This document shows positions 1 through 9,436 of a stretch of 32,000 nucleotides of DNA, one piece after another (within the stretch, counting starts at the first letter, position 1; each line of letters starts with the position of its first letter). The position numbers were made by a program, and so were the translations under genes. The stretch comes from an uncultured Hyphobacterium sp. (GTDB lineage: Bacteria; Bacteroidota; Bacteroidia; Cytophagales; CCMP332). Under the pieces are notes generated by a model that saw only the letters and a list, made by a program, of their open reading frames with translations, had not been told where the DNA came from and made no database searches. The stretch lies in contig CAYGPM010000001.1 of the NCBI GenBank assembly GCA_964351965.1, positions 605,912 to 637,911 of the forward strand, given 5' to 3'.

Positions 1-74
1 GAAAGCATTTCCTTATTCTGAAATGACAGATAACTTACAAGACCAATAATTCCTATTAAAATATAAGTGACCAT
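1..74 (-). CDS. 5' end (24 codons) of a gene running off the window; hydrophobic N-terminus, probable membrane protein
   Basis: ATG at 74..72 (minus strand), 1 nt after the stop of the upstream polyprenyl synthase gene. Translates as MVTYILIGIIGLVSYLSFQNKEML, open to the window edge. Too short for a family call. Confidence 0.35.
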   Translation of the reverse strand, partial: MVTYILIGIIGLVSYLSFQNKEML

Positions 75-75
75 T

Positions 76-1056
76 CTAAGAATCTCTGTTCATTAAGTTT
101 ACAAGAAATGTCATTAAAGGCTGTTTACGTTCTTCAGATACCGAAAAGGCGTTAAGAAGGGTTTTTGATCTGTCAAAATAACTGTCGACAAGACCTTGTG
201 TGATCTTATCAACCTCAATTTCTTGGAATATTTGCTTTACTGCCTCCACTTTTTCTTTCTCATCAAAATCCTTAAGACCAAGCCAGTGATTAAGCTCTTT
301 CTTTTGAGAAGGATTAGCAAGCTCAAGAGCCTTTAAAAGAAGAAAGGTTTTTTTATTGGAGATGATATCTCCGCCCACCTGTTTGCCCACTTTTTCTTGA
401 TCTCCAAATACATCGAGAAGGTCATCTTTTAATTGAAAACCGAGGCCGGCGTTAATTCCAATACTTCTTAGCTGATCAATTCTTTCCTGATCTATTTTAG
501 CGATTATTCCACCTAACTCAAGACTAAAACCAAGTAAAACAGCAGTTTTTAGACGAATCATTTCCAGATATTCATCAACGGTGACGTCGTTTCTGGATTC
601 AAAATTCATATCGTATTGCTGACCCTCGCAAACTTCGAGTCCTGTACGATTAAAAGCACTCAACACTTCCGGCAGGATTTCTTTTGGTACCGAAGCAATG
701 GATTGGTAGGCTTTTACAAACATTGTATCACCTGAAAGTATTGCTATATGACTGTTCCATTTTTCATGCACAGTTGCTTTTCCGCGTCTTAGGGGCGCCT
801 CATCCATTATATCATCATGAAGAAGGGTAAAATTGTGAAATAATTCGATGCCCAAAGAAGGCTCAAAGGACTCCAGATATTCTTCGCTAAACATATAATG
901 ACTGAGTATGCAAAGAATCGGTCTAAGGCGTTTTCCTCCCAGTCCTATAAAATATCTTATGGGTTCATAAAGTTCTTCAGGATGCTTGCCGTACTCTCTT
1001 TTTGACAGGGCATCATTTATTTGATTTTGAAGAGATTTAATTTCCATTATCAGCAA
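76..1056 (-). CDS. trans-polyprenyl diphosphate synthase (IspA/IdsA-type)
   Basis: 326-aa ORF with both aspartate-rich motifs: LLHDDIMDE (FARM, DDxxD) and FQLKDDLLD (SARM). The true start may be the MEIK Met at 1047. Chain-length specificity cannot be read from the sequence. Confidence 0.88.
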   Translation of the reverse strand: MLIMEIKSLQNQINDALSKREYGKHPEELYEPIRYFIGLGGKRLRPILCILSHYMFSEEYLESFEPSLGIELFHNFTLLHDDIMDEAPLRRGKATVHEKWNSHIAILSGDTMFVKAYQSIASVPKEILPEVLSAFNRTGLEVCEGQQYDMNFESRNDVTVDEYLEMIRLKTAVLLGFSLELGGIIAKIDQERIDQLRSIGINAGLGFQLKDDLLDVFGDQEKVGKQVGGDIISNKKTFLLLKALELANPSQKKELNHWLGLKDFDEKEKVEAVKQIFQEIEVDKITQGLVDSYFDRSKTLLNAFSVSEERKQPLMTFLVNLMNRDS

Positions 1057-3214
1057 TTATAAGATCCATAGTTCTACGGTTGATATTCGTACTCTTGACC
1101 TTTACTCTGATTTTATCACCATATTTTATGATTTTCCCTGTTTTCTGACCCACTATTCTGAATTTCTCCTGTTGTAATTCAAAATAATCACTTTCTATAT
1201 CACGGATTCTGATCATGCCTTCGCATTTCGTTTCTACCAGTTCGACATAGATACCAAAGTCATTCATTCCTGAAACAATACCATCGAATTCTTCTCCGAC
1301 CATTTCCTGCATCCACTCAATTTGTTTGTATTTGATTGATGCTCTTTCAGCGTCGGCAGCAAGTTTTTCCATTGCAGAGGAATGCTCACATTTTTTTTCA
1401 AGCTCTGCTCGACTCGGGCTTTTGCCGTTATTGAGATAATTATCCAAAAGGCGATGCACCATTGCATCCGGGTACCTTCGAATAGGAGATGTGAAATGCG
1501 TATAGTTTTGAAAGCCCAAACCAAAATGCCCATTGGGAGCGGTGGTATAAACAGCCTTTGCCATAGCTCTAATTGCTAGACTTTGTAAAATATTCTGCTC
1601 CGGTAATCCTTCTACTTCTTTGGAAAGTGTATTCAGAGTTTTAGATAAATTTTTATCTTCTATATTCACATTATGTCCAAAATTCTTTGCGAAAGCAGCG
1701 AAATTCATAAGTTTTTCATGATCAGGGTTATCATGTGTTCGGTACACAAATGTGTTTTGACCCTTTGTTCCGTTAAGGTTATAAATATGCTCTGCAACAC
1801 TTTTGTTTGCCAGAAGCATAAAATCTTCGATCATTTTATGAGCTTCTTTTCGAACCTTAGTAATCAGCCCAATCGGTTTGCCGGTGTCATCTAGCTCAAA
1901 TTTTATCTCAGCTGATTCAAAGGAAATGGATCCTTCTTCAAAGCGTTTTTTTCTGAGTTTTAGTGAAAGGTCATTCAATGTGTTTACTTCGGTTGAGTAA
2001 TCACCTTTTTTGCCTTCTATTAATTCTTGAGCTTCTTCATAGCTAAACCTTCTGTCAGAATGAATGATTGCTCTACCGAACCATTTTTTATGAACCTTGG
2101 CATTTTTGTCCATTTCAAAAACAGTAGAAAAGCAAAGTCTGTCTACATTTGGTTTTAATGAACAAAGATTATTGGATAGCTTTTCGGGAAGCATTGGAAT
2201 TGTACGATCTACCAGATAAACCGATGTTGCTCTCTTATAAGCTTCTTGGTCCAAAATGCTCCCTTCCTTCAGATAATAAGAAACATCAGCAATGTGAACA
2301 CCTATTTCATAGTTCCCATTCTCGAGTGTTTTTATTGATAATGCGTCATCGAAATCTTTAGCATCAGCCGGGTCAATGGTGAAGGTTGTGACTTTTCTAA
2401 AATCTCTCCTTTTCTTGATTTCACTTTCGGGAATTGTTTCAGGAATCTGATCGGCGATCGTTAAGACTTCGCTTGTAAATTCATATGGCAAACCAAACTC
2501 GAGCATAATCGCATGCATTTCTGCATCGTTTTCTCCGACTTTACCAAGAATTTTTTTGATTCGTCCTTCAGGATTCTTTTTACCTGAAGTCGGCCACCTG
2601 GTGATTTCTGCTATCACCAGATCTTTCTCTTTCGCATCGCCTAATTTATTGCCGGGAATAAATATATCCTCATAGATTTTACGACTGTTTGGAATTACAA
2701 AGCCATACTTTTCAGATAGCTCCAAACTCCCCACGATTTCTGTATGCTTTCTTTCTATAATCTCTCTGACTTCCCCAGCTTTTCGACCATCTCTTCCTTT
2801 TGCGCCCGGAAATATTGAGATTTTCACGATATCTCCATCGATAGCTCCATTTAAGTCGGGAGTTCGGATCATTACATCATCATCATCGCCTTCAGAAGGA
2901 ATTACAAAGGCGAAATGAGCGCTTACATGATCTACTCTGCCAACCATATTTACCGAGGCCGATTTGCTTTGAAAATGCTTTCTGAATTGTTCAATTTTCC
3001 CTTGCTCTACTAACTGATTAAGAGTCAGGTCTACATTGTTTTTATCTCTTTTATTTCTTGCGTATAAATGCTGTTGGATCTGCTTGATTGTATAAGCTCT
3101 TCCCGGATGTAAATCCAGAAGATGTATTATTTGTTCCACGTACTGTGAGGCCGAGAATTTTGCCGGTTTTGAATCCGCATCGCCTTTATTGAAGTATTTT
3201 TTTCTTTTGTTCAT
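1037..3214 (-). CDS. rnr: ribonuclease R (RNB-family 3'-5' exoribonuclease)
   Basis: 725 aa. RNB catalytic motif TIDPADAKDFDDALS, N-terminal cold-shock-like region and C-terminal S1-like segment (GIVSGMNDFGIYVEL). Its 3' end overlaps the ORF-track start of the next gene by 20 nt. Confidence 0.9.
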   Translation of the reverse strand: MNKRKKYFNKGDADSKPAKFSASQYVEQIIHLLDLHPGRAYTIKQIQQHLYARNKRDKNNVDLTLNQLVEQGKIEQFRKHFQSKSASVNMVGRVDHVSAHFAFVIPSEGDDDDVMIRTPDLNGAIDGDIVKISIFPGAKGRDGRKAGEVREIIERKHTEIVGSLELSEKYGFVIPNSRKIYEDIFIPGNKLGDAKEKDLVIAEITRWPTSGKKNPEGRIKKILGKVGENDAEMHAIMLEFGLPYEFTSEVLTIADQIPETIPESEIKKRRDFRKVTTFTIDPADAKDFDDALSIKTLENGNYEIGVHIADVSYYLKEGSILDQEAYKRATSVYLVDRTIPMLPEKLSNNLCSLKPNVDRLCFSTVFEMDKNAKVHKKWFGRAIIHSDRRFSYEEAQELIEGKKGDYSTEVNTLNDLSLKLRKKRFEEGSISFESAEIKFELDDTGKPIGLITKVRKEAHKMIEDFMLLANKSVAEHIYNLNGTKGQNTFVYRTHDNPDHEKLMNFAAFAKNFGHNVNIEDKNLSKTLNTLSKEVEGLPEQNILQSLAIRAMAKAVYTTAPNGHFGLGFQNYTHFTSPIRRYPDAMVHRLLDNYLNNGKSPSRAELEKKCEHSSAMEKLAADAERASIKYKQIEWMQEMVGEEFDGIVSGMNDFGIYVELVETKCEGMIRIRDIESDYFELQQEKFRIVGQKTGKIIKYGDKIRVKVKSTNINRRTMDLIIADNGN

Positions 3215-3264
3215 GCTTATCTACAAAGCTAAGTCAATTCTTTTAAAGCAAGGTAACCAATGAA

Positions 3265-4812
3265 TTATGCATTTAAACTCTCTGATATTATTTTACCTGC
3301 CTCAATGGTGATAATTCTATCGCATAAATACTCTACCAGGTTAATGTCATGACTGATAAATAGTATAGACAAACCTTTCTGTTCGCGGAGCGAATCGAGT
3401 AAATTCAATATATCTCTTTTGATTTTGGGATCAAGAGAGGAAACAGCTTCATCACAAATTAGCACTTCAGGTTTCAATGAAAGTGCTCTAGCTATGCAAA
3501 CCCTCTGCTTTTCGCCACCTGATAACTCATCTGGAAGTCTGTTTTTATAAGAGCTATTCAGGCCAACAAGCTCCAATAATTTATCAATATTGCTTTCAAT
3601 TGACTCGTCATTTTCCAAGAGTTTAAAACTCTTAAAAGGCTCTTTTAAACTGTAGCCAATGCTCAGGCGAGGGTCTAATGAAGCCATGGGATCTTGAAAT
3701 ATAATTTGAATAGACTTTCGAATATTTCGAAGTTCATTTCTACTCAGTTGCGATAGAGGATTTCCCTTGAATGTAATTTGACCTTTGAAGTTGTCGATTA
3801 ATTGCACGATTGTTTTACCAATGCTCGTTTTTCCGCTTCCACTTCTTCCTATCAGTCCAAGAATTTCGCCGGACTTTAAGTCAAAAGACACTTTATCTAA
3901 AGCTTTGAATGTTTTCTGATTATTAAATAGAAAAGTGTTGCCTTGCTTATATTCCAGTTCAAGGTTGTTGATACTCAGAATTTCTTCATTTGATTTGAAA
4001 GGGCTGGCTTTTTTTTCATACACTGAGCTATTTATCAAGGATTTAGTATAATCCTTCGAGGGAGTTAGAAGTATTTTTTTAGTTGGGCCCGATTCCACTA
4101 TCCGACCATTTTTCAAAACAAGTATTTTATCACAGAAGTCTTTAAAAAGCGATAAATCATGTGATACGAATAAAACTGAGAGTGAAATTTTAGCTTTAAT
4201 TTCTTCCAATAAATTGAGAATTTCGTTGCTTGTGATGGCATCGAGATTGCTGGTCATTTCATCAGCAATTAGCAATTTGGGTTCATTTATTATTGCCATC
4301 GCAATGGCGACTCTTTGAAGCTGCCCTCCAGATAATTCGTGCGGATAGGAGTTAAATACTTTATCAGAATTATTAAGTCCGCAGAGTTTTAATGTTTCGA
4401 GTACTTTGTCTTTTGCAGATTTAGCAGAGTATTTCTCATGCCTTAAAATTGTTTCAAGGATTTGCTCACCACATTTTATTACAGGATTAAAAGAAGAATA
4501 GGGTTCCTGGAAAATGACCGAAATTTCATTTCCCAACATATCACTCAGTTTTTCTGATTCTATTTCAAGAAGATTTACCTCTCCGAAAAGGTCTGATTGG
4601 AAAAAGATTTCACCATCGATTTCGCAGTCTGTAAGTAAACGAGGTATAGCAAATGCAATACTGCTTTTTCCGCTACCCGATTCACCGGTAAGCGCAAAGA
4701 CCTCACTTTTTTTAATATCAAAGCTAAGGTCGATAACCGCCTGAACATTGGAATTATATCGGACACCTAAATTTCGTACTGAAAGAATTGTGTCTTGCTG
4801 GAGCATAAACAA
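3265..4812 (-). CDS. ABC transporter ATP-binding protein with two fused ATPase cassettes (Dpp/Opp/YejF-like)
   Basis: 515 aa. Walker A GESGSGKSS and GRSGSGKTS. Signature motifs LSGGQLQRV and LSGGEKQRV. Walker B LLIADE and VLICDE. No transmembrane segment. Confidence 0.85.
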   Translation of the reverse strand: MFMLQQDTILSVRNLGVRYNSNVQAVIDLSFDIKKSEVFALTGESGSGKSSIAFAIPRLLTDCEIDGEIFFQSDLFGEVNLLEIESEKLSDMLGNEISVIFQEPYSSFNPVIKCGEQILETILRHEKYSAKSAKDKVLETLKLCGLNNSDKVFNSYPHELSGGQLQRVAIAMAIINEPKLLIADEMTSNLDAITSNEILNLLEEIKAKISLSVLFVSHDLSLFKDFCDKILVLKNGRIVESGPTKKILLTPSKDYTKSLINSSVYEKKASPFKSNEEILSINNLELEYKQGNTFLFNNQKTFKALDKVSFDLKSGEILGLIGRSGSGKTSIGKTIVQLIDNFKGQITFKGNPLSQLSRNELRNIRKSIQIIFQDPMASLDPRLSIGYSLKEPFKSFKLLENDESIESNIDKLLELVGLNSSYKNRLPDELSGGEKQRVCIARALSLKPEVLICDEAVSSLDPKIKRDILNLLDSLREQKGLSILFISHDINLVEYLCDRIITIEAGKIISESLNA

Positions 4813-4817
4813 AGGTG

Positions 4818-5540
4818 CTAAAAAATGGCTGTTTCAGATATTTCTGATTTGAATTGAAATAAGTCGGACAAATGAGAAATCATTTTTTCTGTGACTTCAT
4901 CCATATTTATTTCTTTATTCAATTCTTTGGCAAGAGATGTTACTGCCTTATCATCTATACCACAAGGGATAATATTTTTAAACAAAGAAAGGTCTGTGTT
5001 GATATTGAAAGCCAGACCGTGCATTGTCACCCACCTGCTGCTTTTAATGCCGATAGCACAAATCTTTCGAGGGTTCGGATTATTGCTTTCATAATCAAGC
5101 CATGTGCCTGTTAGCCCTTCAATTCTACCTGATTTAATATTGTATTCTTTCAGTGTTAAGATTACTGCTTCCTCCAGGTTTCGCAGGTATTTGCCGAGGT
5201 CCGCTTCAAAATTTTCTAAATCAAAAATTGGATAGATTACGAGCTGGCCGGGACCGTGATAGGTAATATCACCACCGCGATTAATGGGATAATAGTCTAT
5301 ATTTTTTTCCTTTAATTCAGATGGACTTAAAAGAAGGTTATTTGGGTCTCCGCTTTTCCCTAAAGTATAAACATGCGGATGCTCAACGATCAGCAGGTAA
5401 TTAGTTGTAGGTTTATTTTCTGAATTTCTTTTATTGGAAATCTTTAATTCGACATTTTCGGCCAAAAGCTTTTCCTGAATATCCCAGGCTTTTTTGAAAT
5501 CCATCCTGCCCAGCTGTACGACTTTTACGATTTTGTTCAA
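4818..5540 (-). CDS. lipB: lipoyl(octanoyl) transferase
   Basis: 240 aa. Motifs RGGDITYHGPGQLV, KICAIGI and IIPCGI are typical of LipB. Confidence 0.9.
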   Translation of the reverse strand: MNKIVKVVQLGRMDFKKAWDIQEKLLAENVELKISNKRNSENKPTTNYLLIVEHPHVYTLGKSGDPNNLLLSPSELKEKNIDYYPINRGGDITYHGPGQLVIYPIFDLENFEADLGKYLRNLEEAVILTLKEYNIKSGRIEGLTGTWLDYESNNPNPRKICAIGIKSSRWVTMHGLAFNINTDLSLFKNIIPCGIDDKAVTSLAKELNKEINMDEVTEKMISHLSDLFQFKSEISETAIF

Positions 5541-5541
5541 A

Positions 5542-6522
5542 TTAAGGTATTTGGCTTTCCAACACTTCTATCACTGAGTCGGTTTCGAATATCAAAGAAT
5601 TAATTGAAGCCGGTATTAAAAGGGTATCGCCTATTTTCAAATCAATAGATTCGAAATTGCCACTTAGCGTTCCTTTTCCATGGACACAAATAAATATTCT
5701 AAAGCTGTCTTTTTCGGGGTATTCTATTTTGTATTGACCGTTGATTGTAAATCGACTTGTGATAAAATGTTTCGATTCAATTAATACAGTTTTTTGATTT
5801 ATTTTTCTTTCAAAGTTCTTTTTTGCTTGATCGAGAGCATTGAAATTCAAAGCCTCAGAAGCTGGTTCTAAATGCAGGTCTCTTTTTTGACCATCTGTGC
5901 CCTTTCTTTCAAAATCAAAAATTCGATAAGTAGCATCAGAACTTTGCTGAATTTCAGCCAACAAAATGCCTTTACCAATATTGTGCACTGTACCCGCAGG
6001 GATATAAAACACATCATCCACATTAACATCAACTGAGTTTAATAAATCCGTGGTATTGCTGTTTTTTGCACTTTCTAAAAAGGAATTTTTATCAACTCCC
6101 GGCTTAAAGCCTTTAAATAATGTTGCATTTTTTTCTGCCTGCAAAATGTACCACATTTCGCTCTTTCCGTATTCTTGCCCCTTTGATTTAGCCAGCGCAT
6201 CATTGGGATGTACTTGAATTGATAAGTCCTTTTGAGCATCGAGGAATTTAATCAGCAAAGGAAATTTATCACCGTATTTAGAGATCACTTTTGACCCCAG
6301 TAAATCCTCTTTATATGTGCCGATTAGTTCAGTAAGTGATTTATTTTTCAGGCTTCCATTTTTTACCACTGACACTTTATCTTCTACTTCAGAAATTTCC
6401 CAAGACTCGCCATACTCTGCCCGATCAGGTAACTCTTTCCCAAGAAAATCCTGAATTTTTCTACCCCCCCAAATTTTCTCTACGAATTGAGGAAAGAACA
6501 TCAATGGGTATAAATTATTCAC
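5542..6522 (-). CDS. manA: class I mannose-6-phosphate isomerase (short Bacillus-type)
   Basis: 326 aa. N-terminal KIWGG, ESWEIS, cupin metal motif [15 protein letters not shown] and AGTVHNIG. The start overlaps the pgi stop by 8 nt. Confidence 0.8.
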   Translation of the reverse strand: MNNLYPLMFFPQFVEKIWGGRKIQDFLGKELPDRAEYGESWEISEVEDKVSVVKNGSLKNKSLTELIGTYKEDLLGSKVISKYGDKFPLLIKFLDAQKDLSIQVHPNDALAKSKGQEYGKSEMWYILQAEKNATLFKGFKPGVDKNSFLESAKNSNTTDLLNSVDVNVDDVFYIPAGTVHNIGKGILLAEIQQSSDATYRIFDFERKGTDGQKRDLHLEPASEALNFNALDQAKKNFERKINQKTVLIESKHFITSRFTINGQYKIEYPEKDSFRIFICVHGKGTLSGNFESIDLKIGDTLLIPASINSLIFETDSVIEVLESQIP

Positions 6523-8167
6523 TTCTAAACTTTTTGAAGGTATTAATTAAACCGTTTGTGGAAGACATATGACTTTCAATTCTATCATCATTTTGAAGTT
6601 CAGGTAAAATATCCTGAGCCACTTGTTTACCCAATTGAACTCCCCATTGATCAAAGGAATAGACATTAAATAAAATTCCCTGCACAAAAATTTTATGTTC
6701 ATACATGGCAATTAGGCTTCCCAGAGTTTCAGGTGTCAATTTCTTGAAAAGCACTGAATTGGTAGGGATATTGCCGGGAAACACTTTATACGGCAAAATT
6801 TTGTCTCTTTTTACAGGCTCCATATCACGAATTTCCTCAAATGCCTCTTTTTCGGTTTTGCCTTTCATTAAGGCTTCGGTTTGAGCGAAAAAGTTAGACA
6901 AGAGTTTATTGTGATGATCAATTAAGTTGTGATGAGGAATTGAAGCAGCAATGAAATCGCAGGGAATGAGTTTTGTCCCCTGGTGAATTAATTGATAAAA
7001 TGCATGTTGACCATTGGTACCGGGCTCACCCCAAATAATAGAACCCGTTTGGTAATCGATTGAATCTCCATTTCTATCTACCCTTTTACCATTACTTTCC
7101 ATATCTCCTTGTTGGAGGTATGCTGCAAAACGATGCAAATATTGATCATAACATAAAATGGCCTGCGTTTCACTTTTGAAGAAATTATTATACCAAACCC
7201 CCAATAAAGCAAGAATTACAGGCATATTTTCTTTGAATTCAGCATTTCTAAAATGCTGATCCATTTGCTCGGCACCTCTTAATAACTTCTCGTAATTGTC
7301 ATATCCAACAGTGCAGGCAATAGATAAACCAATTGAAGACCAAAGAGAAAACCGTCCTCCAACCCAATCCCAGAATTCAAACATATTTGCCGGGTTGATG
7401 CCATATTGAGTTACAGCTTCAGTATTTGTTGATAAGGCAACAAAATGACTTTTAACAACAGAGTCTTCTCCTTTATATTTTTCAATCAACCATTTTTTCG
7501 CTGTATCAGCATTGGTCATGGTTTCCTGTGTAGTGAATGTTTTTGAAGCAATCATGAATAAACACTTTTCATGATCCAGCTTTTTTAGAGTTTCATATAT
7601 ATGTGAGCCATCGACATTACTAACATAATAGGTCTCAATTCCTTCAATCCAATATGGCTTTAGCGCTTCAGTAACCATTACAGGACCAAGGTCAGATCCA
7701 CCAATACCGATATTTACTATTTGTGTAATCTTCTTCCCACTATGACCTTTCCACTCTCCTGAATGAAGCTTTTCAGTGAAAGATTTCATTTTTTCGCGCT
7801 CCTTGCGAATCAGATTTAGAATATTTTCACCATCGTGAATAAGTTCCTTGTCGCTAAAATTTCTTAATGCAGTATGAAGCACAGCGCGCCCTTCTGTTTC
7901 ATTAATTTTCTCGCCTGTAAACATGGCTTCAATAGCGGAACTTAACTTACACTCATTCGCAAATTCAATAAGTAGGTCTACAGTCTTTTCGTTGATCCTG
8001 TTTTTGGAATAATCCAGAAGGATATCGTTTTTTAAAATTGAAAATTTTGAAAACCTATCCGGTTCTTTCGCAAACATGTCGCGCATGTGCTCAGACTTGA
8101 TAGATTCAAAATGCTCTTTCAATTTATTCCATGCATTTGTACTTACAGGACTTATGTTATTTAACAT
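6515..8167 (-). CDS. pgi: glucose-6-phosphate isomerase
   Basis: 550 aa. Motifs [30 protein letters not shown] and a C-terminal QWGVQLGK-type motif. Confidence 0.95.
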   Translation of the reverse strand: MLNNISPVSTNAWNKLKEHFESIKSEHMRDMFAKEPDRFSKFSILKNDILLDYSKNRINEKTVDLLIEFANECKLSSAIEAMFTGEKINETEGRAVLHTALRNFSDKELIHDGENILNLIRKEREKMKSFTEKLHSGEWKGHSGKKITQIVNIGIGGSDLGPVMVTEALKPYWIEGIETYYVSNVDGSHIYETLKKLDHEKCLFMIASKTFTTQETMTNADTAKKWLIEKYKGEDSVVKSHFVALSTNTEAVTQYGINPANMFEFWDWVGGRFSLWSSIGLSIACTVGYDNYEKLLRGAEQMDQHFRNAEFKENMPVILALLGVWYNNFFKSETQAILCYDQYLHRFAAYLQQGDMESNGKRVDRNGDSIDYQTGSIIWGEPGTNGQHAFYQLIHQGTKLIPCDFIAASIPHHNLIDHHNKLLSNFFAQTEALMKGKTEKEAFEEIRDMEPVKRDKILPYKVFPGNIPTNSVLFKKLTPETLGSLIAMYEHKIFVQGILFNVYSFDQWGVQLGKQVAQDILPELQNDDRIESHMSSTNGLINTFKKFRSE

Positions 8168-8212
8168 TATATTCTATTCTTTGAAATTCTTTACAAATCA
8201 GGCTGCAATCTA

Positions 8213-8563
8213 ATGACTTCTACAAAAAATATTGGTGATAGGGGTGAGGAATTAGCCATACAATATCTTGTAGATAAAGGCTTTAAAATTTTAGAGCAAA
8301 ATTATAGATTTAAAAGGAGTGAGATAGATATAATTGCTAAAAAGGATTCCTTTTTTGTATTCATTGAGGTCAAGACAAGAAACAATAGCTATTACGGAAA
8401 TCCGGAAGATTTTGTGGACTCAAAAAAAGCCGAAATGGTTCATCAAGCTGCAGAGGCATATTTAGAAGATAAGTCACTTGATATTCCGATACGTTTTGAT
8501 ATAATTTCTATAATAGACAAAGGAGCCTCATTTACTATTGATCATTTCGAGGATGCTTTTTAA
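8213..8563 (+). CDS. yraN: YraN-family (UPF0102) endonuclease-like protein
   Basis: 116 aa. GDRGEELAIQYL...EIDIIAKK...VFIEVKTR matches the YraN/PD-(D/E)xK-like core. Confidence 0.8.
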   Translation: MTSTKNIGDRGEELAIQYLVDKGFKILEQNYRFKRSEIDIIAKKDSFFVFIEVKTRNNSYYGNPEDFVDSKKAEMVHQAAEAYLEDKSLDIPIRFDIISIIDKGASFTIDHFEDAF

Positions 8564-9264
8564 TCTACAATTTCAATATTTCCCTCATCGATCAAACTCA
8601 ATCCGCGAAGTTTCATAAAAACTTGCGCACAAACCACAACATCTTTAATGCAATATTTTGAGATTTGCTCGAGGTCTTTTTCATTGTGATAAATACCTGA
8701 AACCATGCTTCCGTCAATATCCGACTTGCTCGAGGGAATATTGAAGATAGCAGCTAAAAGATCCAAAGAAGTATAATTTTTCCAATCGCCAAATTTCCAC
8801 ATTTCCATAGTATCCAAATGCTGAATTTCCCAAGGTTTTTTACCCGATATGTTCAATGCTTCCGGTAGGGGAATATTATTAATGAGCATTCTGCGACTTA
8901 AATAAGGAAAGTCGAATTCTTTTCCATTATGAGCTACTAATATGGTATTTCGAGGGTCCATTTTGTCAAGGATACCTGAAAATTGCTGAAGCAGCTCATC
9001 TTCTTTATCACTTGCTAAAGCCTTCACTCTTAAACCCGGATTATTATTGATGTCTCCGGTTAAAAAGCCCAGACCAATGACAATGATTTTACCAAATTCA
9101 GAATATATACCTGCCTTTTCTTCATACAGATCTTCTCCTGCGCTTTCACCTTTGCTAATTATTCGAGCTTTTTTATCCCAAAGTGATTTGAATCTATCCG
9201 GTAAATCATCAAAGGATTTATATTCAGAAACTGTCTCAATATCCAAAAAAAGGAGTTGTTCCAT
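8560..9264 (-). CDS. DEDD 3'-5' exonuclease related to the PolB exonuclease domain (RNase H-like fold)
   Basis: Exo I LFLDIET, Exo II HNGKEFDFPYL, Exo III YCIKDV. I place the start at the ATG at 9264 (MEQLLFLDIE). The ORF-track extension to 9315 adds 17 hydrophobic residues upstream of Exo I that look non-native. Confidence 0.75.
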   Translation of the reverse strand: MEQLLFLDIETVSEYKSFDDLPDRFKSLWDKKARIISKGESAGEDLYEEKAGIYSEFGKIIVIGLGFLTGDINNNPGLRVKALASDKEDELLQQFSGILDKMDPRNTILVAHNGKEFDFPYLSRRMLINNIPLPEALNISGKKPWEIQHLDTMEMWKFGDWKNYTSLDLLAAIFNIPSSKSDIDGSMVSGIYHNEKDLEQISKYCIKDVVVCAQVFMKLRGLSLIDEGNIEIVD

Positions 9265-9436
9265 ATTGGTAAATGTAAATCCTAAATATTGGAAAATAAA
9301 AAAGCCCACAACCAAAATGTATGGCTATGGGCTAATATTTTGTGAAGGCTCTTAATTAGAATGCAATACCGAAATTAATGGCAAATCCTAGGCCAATACC
9401 GGAGCTTTCACAATATGCTTTTTGTGAGATTCACGA

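Noticed and set aside
1264-2361. ORFs 1264-1533(-), 1382-1579(+), 1673-1894(+) and 2149-2361(+) inside rnr. Similar embedded ORFs occur in the ABC ATPase, lipB, manA, exonuclease, NSS, lplA, rnd, NRDE and M28 genes.
   Set aside because: They are embedded in or antisense to genes with strong family motifs, and they have no motifs of their own. They are typical AT-rich-genome shadow ORFs.
8168-8212. Searches for TAnnTTTG -7 boxes in the pgi/yraN divergent gap, and likewise in the 10829-10934 and 13296-13367 gaps.
   Set aside because: Only off-spacing near-matches are present (e.g. TATTCTTTG, TAATTTGG, TAAAATTTG). These are not good enough to report as promoters.
9359-9430. A 24-codon open frame on the minus strand immediately downstream of the NSS transporter (ISQKAYCESSGIGLGFAINFGIAF). 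It recalls the small hydrophobic subunits sometimes encoded next to NSS genes, or a beta-barrel C-terminal strand ending in Phe.
   Set aside because: No ATG, GTG or TTG lies in frame between the bounding stops, and it is too short to evaluate. It may be a gene remnant or chance.
9265-9436. The 172-nt gap between the exonuclease start and the NSS stop, examined for a terminator or small RNA. It contains a weak hairpin, TCACA-N10-TGTGA, around 9408-9427.
   Set aside because: The stem is only 5 bp with no convincing U-tract context. There are no tRNA-like or riboswitch-like features that I can recognise.
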